From positions 33,982-97,981 of the forward strand of contig JAFMCI010000001.1 in NCBI GenBank assembly GCA_017857855.1: a stretch of DNA of 64,000 nucleotides, in the 5' to 3' direction. The stretch is from Bacteroidia bacterium. GTDB taxonomy: Bacteria; Bacteroidota; Bacteroidia; NS11-12g; UBA9320. Of the stretch, positions 57,893-64,000 are shown one piece after another. The notes under the pieces were generated by a model that worked only from the letters and a program-made list of their open reading frames with translations, was not told the DNA's origin and ran no database searches. A program made the position numbers and the translations under genes. Every line of letters begins with the position of its first letter. The first letter of the stretch is position 1.

Positions 57893-59722
57893 TTATTGAA
57901 TAATTAATTTGTGCGTGTATGTTCCTTGCTCTGTAGCTACTTGTAAAAAGTATATACCAGCTTCGAGGCTAGAAGTATTAATCACTTCTGAAACAACTGA
58001 ACTATTAAGTTCTTTAGATGTCACAGTTTGACCATTAATGCTTTGTATGGTATAACTTGATACCAGACCAACAGTTGCAACAGCTTCAAGTTTTACAAAT
58101 TCAGCAGCAGGATTTGGATAAACCTCAAAGTTGCTAAAAGCTGTTTCCTTAACGCTTCCATTATCTGGTTTGCTAAAATAAACGTTGTCTATATAAAGTG
58201 TAGCACCGCCTACTGGAAGAGCAGAGAAAATTACTTGTGAAATGTTTGATGTGGTAGTTAATCCAGTGAAGTCACTTAGGGCGATTTTATGATTATTCCA
58301 TGTTTCAGTAGCTTGATCTTCAAATGCAATTTCGTGCTCTTTGTCGTCTCCGCCACCGAAAGCGTTATCTGCACCAAAATCAACTAACTTAATTCTGTAT
58401 GTAGTAGCATCTGGAGTCCATGCGTCAAAAGTAAAGTGAGTCATGCCACTTGCGTCGATAGAATTATCTCCAACAGCTTCAATCCCAACAAAGTTAAGGT
58501 TAGCGTATTTTTTCACGTCGTTTCCGTCAATTTGAATTTCTTCTAAGTCAGCTGCTGACCAAACTGTTCTCCAAGTATCAATAGTTACGTCAGTATATAC
58601 ATTGCTAAATAAGGATATAACGTTAGTTTCTAAATCTGTAGGGTCAGCTGCAGCAGTAGTAGGAGTTGGGGTAACCGCTTCTTTACTAAAGTAAACGTTA
58701 TCTATAAAAGCCGTAGCGCTTCCAGCAGGGGTTGCAGAAAAAATAATTTGAGAGATGTTTGATTTAGTTGTAAGCCCAGTGAAATCAGCTAAAGCCAAGT
58801 GATAATTAATCCAATTGTTTTGAGCAGGAGCTTCAAAAACAAGTTCGTGCTCTTTGTCATCACCGCCTCCAAAAGCGTTATCAGCGCCAAAGTCAACTAA
58901 TTTTACTCTAAATATAGTTGCGTCAGGAGTCCATAAACTTAGATTGAAATGCTCCATAGTGCTTGCGTCTATTGAATTTGCTCCAGTTGCCTCAACTCCA
59001 ACGAAGTCTAAGCTGCTGTATTTTTTGATGTTATCTCCACTAATATCAAAAGCGTCTAGGGTTACAGAAGACCATCCTGTTCTCCAAGTATCTACGTTTA
59101 CGTTAGTATACGCGTCACTAAATAAAGAAATAACGTCATCAGCAGCATAAGTAGGAGTAGCGTCAGCAACGCTTGGCTCAGTAGCTGCCGGTGATCCGTA
59201 GAAATATACATTATCTAAAAAGATGGTGCTACCAGTTCTTCCCAAATCGTCAAATTTGAATTGGTAAAGACTAGCCACAGAAAGACCTTGAGAGATGTAA
59301 TCTGCTAAGTCGATATCGATGCTATTCCACTGATTTGCTACTAAACTTTTAGTTACTTTTTTCTCGTTTTGAGGAGTTTGACTTATGCAAAAGATGTCTA
59401 AATCAAATGAAGTTGCAGTCCAAATGTCCATGTGTAGATACCCTTTTGCACTTGCATCTTGAGCAGAACCAAATTGAATGCCTTGATAGTTTAAGTTAGA
59501 GTACTTAATCATGTTATCTGAGCCTAAGGTAAATGCAGCATACTGCGTAGATTGACCCCAATTTGGATAAAAATCTGTACCAGAGACATCAGTGTAAGAG
59601 TCGCTAAAAATAGAAATCACATCCGTAGAAGCTTGAGAAGGAGTTCCTGCCGAAGTGGTAGGATCCTGAGCGTAACCCACAAAAGTGAGTGCTGTTAGAA
59701 TTAAAGTAATGATTTTTTTCAT
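57893..59722 (-). CDS. T9SS C-terminal-domain protein with three tandem ~160-aa beta-sandwich (putative glycan-binding or adhesin) modules
   Basis: Signal peptide; three modules each starting DVIS(I/L)FS(D/N).YT.V and ending (F/Y)(I/L)DNVYF(S/Y)(K/G); modules 2 and 3 share an identical LVDFGADNAFGGGDDKEHE segment; C-terminal YPNPAAEFVKLE...GIYFLQV T9SS CTD. Confidence 0.6.
   Translation of the reverse strand: MKKIITLILTALTFVGYAQDPTTSAGTPSQASTDVISIFSDSYTDVSGTDFYPNWGQSTQYAAFTLGSDNMIKYSNLNYQGIQFGSAQDASAKGYLHMDIWTATSFDLDIFCISQTPQNEKKVTKSLVANQWNSIDIDLADYISQGLSVASLYQFKFDDLGRTGSTIFLDNVYFYGSPAATEPSVADATPTYAADDVISLFSDAYTNVNVDTWRTGWSSVTLDAFDISGDNIKKYSSLDFVGVEATGANSIDASTMEHFNLSLWTPDATIFRVKLVDFGADNAFGGGDDKEHELVFEAPAQNNWINYHLALADFTGLTTKSNISQIIFSATPAGSATAFIDNVYFSKEAVTPTPTTAAADPTDLETNVISLFSNVYTDVTIDTWRTVWSAADLEEIQIDGNDVKKYANLNFVGIEAVGDNSIDASGMTHFTFDAWTPDATTYRIKLVDFGADNAFGGGDDKEHEIAFEDQATETWNNHKIALSDFTGLTTTSNISQVIFSALPVGGATLYIDNVYFSKPDNGSVKETAFSNFEVYPNPAAEFVKLEAVATVGLVSSYTIQSINGQTVTSKELNSSVVSEVINTSSLEAGIYFLQVATEQGTYTHKLIIQ
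58147..59152 (-). repeat. Approximately 500-bp tandem direct duplication (modules 2 and 3) inside the T9SS gene
   Basis: DNA-level similarity is visible between roughly 58150-58640 and 58690-59150, for example aaagcgttatctgcaccaaaatcaactaa versus aaagcgttatcagcgccaaagtcaactaa. Confidence 0.55.
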
Positions 59723-59799
59723 GTTATTATTATGTTATGATGTTCCAAAAGAACATAAAAAAACTTAAAGTAAAAAATACTATAAGTAAAAATTTCCGT

Positions 59800-59807
59800 T
59801 AAGTTTG
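59800..59807 (+). promoter_or_regulatory. Bacteroidetes-type -7 promoter element (TAAGTTTG) upstream of the Nudix/NrtR-like gene
   Basis: Matches TAnnTTTG 28 bp upstream of the ATG at 59836, in an AT-rich divergent intergenic region. Confidence 0.3.
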
Positions 59808-59835
59808 AATCGAAATAAGTAGTTTAGCCGCGTCA

Positions 59836-60576
59836 ATGAGTGAATCCAACAAGTATTTTATATCTGAAAACAATGTGCCTTTTAAACAAGAGTTTCAATT
59901 TGGGCTCTCTGTAGACTGTGTCGTTTTTGGTTATCAAGAAGGTCAAGTGCGGGTATTGCTTATAGAACGTAATGCGGATCCTTATAAAGGTAGCTGGGCA
60001 CTGCCTGGTGATTTGGTAAGTTTAAACGAAGATCTGGAGCATGCAGCAAATTCAGTTTTGAATAAGCTTACAGGGTTGAAAGACATCTTCATGGAACAAT
60101 TTCACACTTTCGGATCTGTAAACAGGCATCCTGCGGGTAGAGTAGCTACGGTAGCTTATTATTCTTTGGTAAAAAGCAGTAACTACCATCCCGTTGCGTC
60201 AGCTTGGGCTAGCTCTATACAGTGGTTTGATATACGTGAATTACCTGACCTTGCTTTTGATCACAAGGTAATCTTGGAAAAAGGAATTCGGACCCTACAA
60301 CGCTCTATTCAATACAGACCAGTGGGTTTTGAACTTTTGCCACTCAAATTTACACTTTCAGAGTTACAGGCTTTGTATGAAGCGCTACTCGGATTTAAGT
60401 TTGACAAGCCTAATTTCAGAAAAAAAATATTAGGAATGAATTTACTTACACCTTTGGACGAAGTACAAGAAAATGTATGGCACAGACCAGCCAAATTGTA
60501 TAAGTTTGACGAAGGTAGATATCGCTCACTTAGAGATGTTGGTTTTACGTTTGATATTACCTTGAAATCCTCTTAA
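59836..60576 (+). CDS. NrtR-like protein: Nudix hydrolase domain fused to a C-terminal winged-helix domain (probable transcriptional regulator)
   Basis: Nudix-like region (GSWALPGDLVSLNEDLEHAANSVLNKLTG), a degenerate Nudix box, plus an ~80-aa C-terminal domain typical of NrtR/AraR-type regulators; 246 aa. Confidence 0.55.
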   Translation: MSESNKYFISENNVPFKQEFQFGLSVDCVVFGYQEGQVRVLLIERNADPYKGSWALPGDLVSLNEDLEHAANSVLNKLTGLKDIFMEQFHTFGSVNRHPAGRVATVAYYSLVKSSNYHPVASAWASSIQWFDIRELPDLAFDHKVILEKGIRTLQRSIQYRPVGFELLPLKFTLSELQALYEALLGFKFDKPNFRKKILGMNLLTPLDEVQENVWHRPAKLYKFDEGRYRSLRDVGFTFDITLKSS

Positions 60577-60610
60577 GGCTCTCGCAATTTTAAAATAAGA
60601 TTAATGTTTA

Positions 60611-61294
60611 ATGAATAATATAAGTGGAAAGAATGCCTTAATAACAGGTTCTAGCAGAGGTGTAGGGCAACAAATAGCGATGGGACTAGCTGCAAAGGGT
60701 TGCAATATAATATTGCATGCACGTACCGCTGCGAGTTGCCATAAGACTATAGAAATGCTGAAAACCTATCCAATAGCTGTGTATGTGGTTTTTGGTGAAT
60801 TATCTGATGAAACAAGTGTGCACCAGGTTATAGATCAAGTAAATGCATTAGGTGTTGAAGTAGATATAGTGTATAATAACGCCGCAATTATGACTTCTCA
60901 CCAAAGCGATATATGGCAACACAGTTGGGAAGACTGGATGCAAACTATGAAAACCAATGTGTTTGCTATGTACACCATTTGTGCTGCTTTTGTGCCAAAA
61001 ATGGCGGAGCGTGGATATGGTCGTGTGGTAAATTTAAGCTCTGGAATAACTAAAACTCCCGAACTAGCACCTTATAGCGCATCCAAGTGGGCAGTGATTA
61101 AGCTCACCGAAGATCTTGCAGCGCACTATGAAGACACTAACGTACGTATAAATTGCTTAGATCCGGGATGGCTCAGAACGGATATGGGAAGCCAAAATGC
61201 ACCCAATGCGGTGGAAGCAGTTTTACCGGGGGCACTGGTTCCTGCTTTGTTAGAAAATGACGGCGCAAACGGAAAGGCTTTTAGCGCTTTGTAG
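60611..61294 (+). CDS. SDR-family oxidoreductase
   Basis: TGSSRGVG cofactor motif; YxxxK catalytic pair (YSASK); 227 aa. Confidence 0.75.
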   Translation: MNNISGKNALITGSSRGVGQQIAMGLAAKGCNIILHARTAASCHKTIEMLKTYPIAVYVVFGELSDETSVHQVIDQVNALGVEVDIVYNNAAIMTSHQSDIWQHSWEDWMQTMKTNVFAMYTICAAFVPKMAERGYGRVVNLSSGITKTPELAPYSASKWAVIKLTEDLAAHYEDTNVRINCLDPGWLRTDMGSQNAPNAVEAVLPGALVPALLENDGANGKAFSAL

Positions 61295-61425
61295 TAAGCT
61301 TTTATGCTAACCAAAAAGAAAGGGTGCTGCCTTTTTTGATTTTGCCATTCCTATTCATTTTAACCAAACAAAAATGTACTGACCGATGTAAGGCTAATTA
61401 TGTGGTTTTCTATCGCTGTGAGCTA

Positions 61426-62310
61426 TTAAAATTTTAATGCCTCATCCTTGTCCCACAGTCCCCAATAAGCACCAACGTCACCTTCAGCACCTACTTTCCA
61501 TGACTCATCAAAAGAAGAGAAGTAGAACATCTCAATGTCTTCATTTTTAGACCATTGCTGAGCATTAGTAAAATATTTCAGGTAGTTGGCCATATTGGCT
61601 TCTGAGCCTTCAAAAGCTCCACCTTCACTAGGCCAGCCTGTTTCGGTAATAATTACCTTTTTGCCATTGGCAGCTTTTACCGCTTGTTGATACATCTCTT
61701 TCATGTACAAAAATGAGTAGTCTATATGGCAACCTTCCCAGTAAGGATAGCAATTGGCAAGTATAACGTCACAAACGGCGGTTATTGCAGGTCTTTCTGT
61801 AAACTCGTAATAGGCATCTACATAGCCCACAGGTGTTCCTGGTATTTGCACTTTTACATCGGTTATGTACCTGATTAATTCTGTTTCTGTGAGTTCCTTT
61901 CTGTAAAGTACTTCATTACCCACAGCAGCAATATCTACGTAACCTTGTCTAGTAAGATTGACGAGACCGTCTATTTCTTTGGCATTGGTTTCCTTATCGT
62001 CACTCAGCCAAGCACCTACAAGTGTTTTTATTCCGTATTCTTTGGCTAAAGGTGGTATCATTTCGTTGCCTTCGGTACACGAGAAAGTACGAATCCATTT
62101 GGCATAGGGTTTTAAGATTTCTAAGCGTCTTCTTATCTGCTTTTCGGTAACCTTATCGCCTGGTTTTTGTCCTTCTTCAAAGAGACTGAAACAGATGCCG
62201 TGTATTCCATCGTTTAAAAGTCCTTTTGCATCTAAAGCATAATTTCCGGAGGATTGCCGAATGCCTTTAGCGGCAACAAGTGACATTAATTTTTCTTGAC
62301 GTTTTGACAT
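61426..62310 (-). CDS. Glycoside hydrolase family 17 (beta-1,3-glucanase/transglycosylase-like), cytoplasmic; no signal peptide
   Basis: GH17 signatures: VGNEVL (acid/base Glu region) and ITETGWPS (nucleophile Glu region); 294 aa; N-terminus is hydrophilic. Confidence 0.7.
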   Translation of the reverse strand: MSKRQEKLMSLVAAKGIRQSSGNYALDAKGLLNDGIHGICFSLFEEGQKPGDKVTEKQIRRRLEILKPYAKWIRTFSCTEGNEMIPPLAKEYGIKTLVGAWLSDDKETNAKEIDGLVNLTRQGYVDIAAVGNEVLYRKELTETELIRYITDVKVQIPGTPVGYVDAYYEFTERPAITAVCDVILANCYPYWEGCHIDYSFLYMKEMYQQAVKAANGKKVIITETGWPSEGGAFEGSEANMANYLKYFTNAQQWSKNEDIEMFYFSSFDESWKVGAEGDVGAYWGLWDKDEALKF

Positions 62311-62313
62311 AAT

Positions 62314-63999
62314 TTATTGGTATTTTAGTTTTTCGTTTTGATCCCAAAGTCCCCATTGATCACCTACATTTCCTTCTTCATTTACTTTCCATGATTCATC
62401 AAAGGAAGAAAAATGAAATAAGTCAATATGGTTTGTGTTTGCCCAGGTTTGAGTATTTACAAAATACTGCATGCTGTTGCCCTCTGAGGGTATAGCTTGG
62501 TCAAAATTTTCTCCTGCATTGGGCCATCCGGTTTCAGTAATAATTACGTGCTTGCCTTTAGCTGCATTTTTAGCTACGTCATACATTTGCGTCAAGTATG
62601 CCGTGGCTTTAACTATGCTATAACCTTCCCAGAAAGGGTAACAATTGGCTAAAATAACATCGCAAGCCTCCGCTACTTTTGGTCGTTCGTGAAACTGATA
62701 GTAAGCATCTACATATCCAACCGGTATTCCCGGCAGCTCTCTCTTTATTTGATAGATATAATCCAACAATTCTTCTTCTGACAATTCATTTCTAAGTAAA
62801 ACTTCATTGCCTACTACCGCTATATCTACGAGGCCATTTTTACCTAATTGTATAAGGTTTTGGATTTCTACATCGTTTTTGCGTTTATCTCCACTTATCC
62901 AAGCTCCAACCATAGTCTTTAAATCTTTGGTTTTGGCTGCCACTGGAATATACTCATGACCTTCAGAACAGGAAAAAGATCGTACCCAAGTAGTGTGAGG
63001 TGCAATGATGTTTATACGACGGGTTATCTGCTCTTGACTTATTTGATCTCCTATATTTTGACCTTTGGCATAAGCACCGAAGCACAAACCATGTAGTCCC
63101 TGGTTTAAGGTATTATTAAATTGCGTTTTTAGTTCAGAATGGCTGAGATTACTGAAGTCTAAATCGTTACTTAATATAGCTGAAGGTGATAAAGAGGTAA
63201 AGTTTTGAAGTTTATTGAGCTGATAGAAAGATGGGGCACTTATTTTTTTCTTTTTTCTTCTTTTAAGTTCTGCACCTACTTCTAAAGCTCGCTCTTCAGT
63301 CACATCATAGTTCCACATTATTAAAATAGCTATGGAAGTACCTGCAATGGGTAACCCTGAGAAAAATAGTCGAAGTCCAGTGATAGCTCCATCGGGCTGC
63401 GTTGCGAGTGAAGAGTCAAAACCAATGTAAGAAAGGATAGCACCACTCGCTAATCCAGCAATGGCGAAACCAAACTTAACCATCCACCAATAAATGGCAC
63501 CAAATATTCCTTCTCTTCGTTTTCCTGTGTTTAACTCATCTAAGTCAATAACATCCGCTGTCATAGACATCATTAGGGTAAAAAGACTGCCTATACCAAA
63601 GGCAAAAAACGGTAATGCAAAAATGAACATGTAGGGTTTACCAGGTATTAGTAAAAACCAAAGTAGAATATATCCTATAATGGATATTCCTTGTGATATA
63701 AGAAATGCGTTTTTTTTACCTAGTTTTTTGGACATGCTAGCTACTACGGGAATAACTAAGAAGGTAGTCATGAGTGCGCCGATGCACCCAAATAGAGTAG
63801 GCCAAATGCCTGAAGCGCCAGCATTGCCTCCAAATAAGTGATAAACGATGACAAAGAAGGTAAAGGATGCTACGGTATTAAAAGCATTGAATATTAGGAA
63901 TGTGGCAATACACAATTTACGAAAAGGCTTTATCTTAAAAGCTTCAACGAAACCATAAAATATTTTATACAAACTGCCTCCTAATGTTTTCATTGTCAT
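62314..63999 (-). CDS. Fusion protein: C-terminal half of an MFS (glycoside-pentoside-hexuronide-like) transporter fused to a GH17 catalytic domain; the 5' end is probably cut by the window edge
   Basis: The N-terminal ~270 aa contain about six TM helices and the GPH-like motif MTADVIDLDELNTGKRREG. The C-terminal ~290 aa are paralogous to the neighbouring GH17 (VGNEVL, ITETGWPN). The ORF reaches nt 63999, the last base of the window. Confidence 0.65.
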   Translation of the reverse strand: MTMKTLGGSLYKIFYGFVEAFKIKPFRKLCIATFLIFNAFNTVASFTFFVIVYHLFGGNAGASGIWPTLFGCIGALMTTFLVIPVVASMSKKLGKKNAFLISQGISIIGYILLWFLLIPGKPYMFIFALPFFAFGIGSLFTLMMSMTADVIDLDELNTGKRREGIFGAIYWWMVKFGFAIAGLASGAILSYIGFDSSLATQPDGAITGLRLFFSGLPIAGTSIAILIMWNYDVTEERALEVGAELKRRKKKKISAPSFYQLNKLQNFTSLSPSAILSNDLDFSNLSHSELKTQFNNTLNQGLHGLCFGAYAKGQNIGDQISQEQITRRINIIAPHTTWVRSFSCSEGHEYIPVAAKTKDLKTMVGAWISGDKRKNDVEIQNLIQLGKNGLVDIAVVGNEVLLRNELSEEELLDYIYQIKRELPGIPVGYVDAYYQFHERPKVAEACDVILANCYPFWEGYSIVKATAYLTQMYDVAKNAAKGKHVIITETGWPNAGENFDQAIPSEGNSMQYFVNTQTWANTNHIDLFHFSSFDESWKVNEEGNVGDQWGLWDQNEKLKYQ

Positions 64000-64000
64000 A

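Noticed and set aside
1-63999. Scan for mobile elements, integrases, CRISPR arrays, toxin-antitoxin or phage-defence operons
   Set aside because: None recognised. Nearly all coding space is accounted for by housekeeping, envelope, T9SS and glycan-related genes. No transposase or recombinase signatures were seen in any frame of the ORF track.

Overview
This window reads as a chromosomal segment from a low-GC member of the Bacteroidetes (Flavobacteriia-like). Five proteins end in a T9SS C-terminal sorting domain, a gldA-gldF-gldG gliding cluster is present, one fused alpha/beta E1 dehydrogenase is encoded, and TAnnTTTG-type -7 promoter boxes occur. Coding density is high, with about 55 CDS and one tRNA-Val. 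Most genes are housekeeping: rlmN, glnN (type III GS), prfA, lpxH-like, polA, tyrS, hemD, hemW, dtd, nadK, pabA/trpG, feoAB and comM. I found no CRISPR array, IS element, integrase, phage or toxin-antitoxin module. The accessory content sits in two places. One is a 965-aa SprB-repeat T9SS adhesin lying 3 bp upstream of gldAFG. The other is the 3' third of the window, which holds a beta-propeller/Y_Y_Y sensor fused to a LytS-type kinase plus a LytTR regulator. Next to it are three T9SS cargo proteins, one carrying a triplicated ~160-aa beta-sandwich module. It also holds an NrtR-like Nudix regulator, an SDR, a standalone cytoplasmic GH17, and a major facilitator superfamily (MFS) transporter C-terminally fused to a second GH17 domain; the fusion gene is cut by the window edge. 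I consider the MFS-GH17 fusion with its tandem GH17 paralog and flanking regulator and T9SS proteins the most likely candidate for a poorly described system, probably for beta-1,3-glucan uptake and processing. Every functional call rests on motif or architecture recognition in the supplied translations; no database search was possible.
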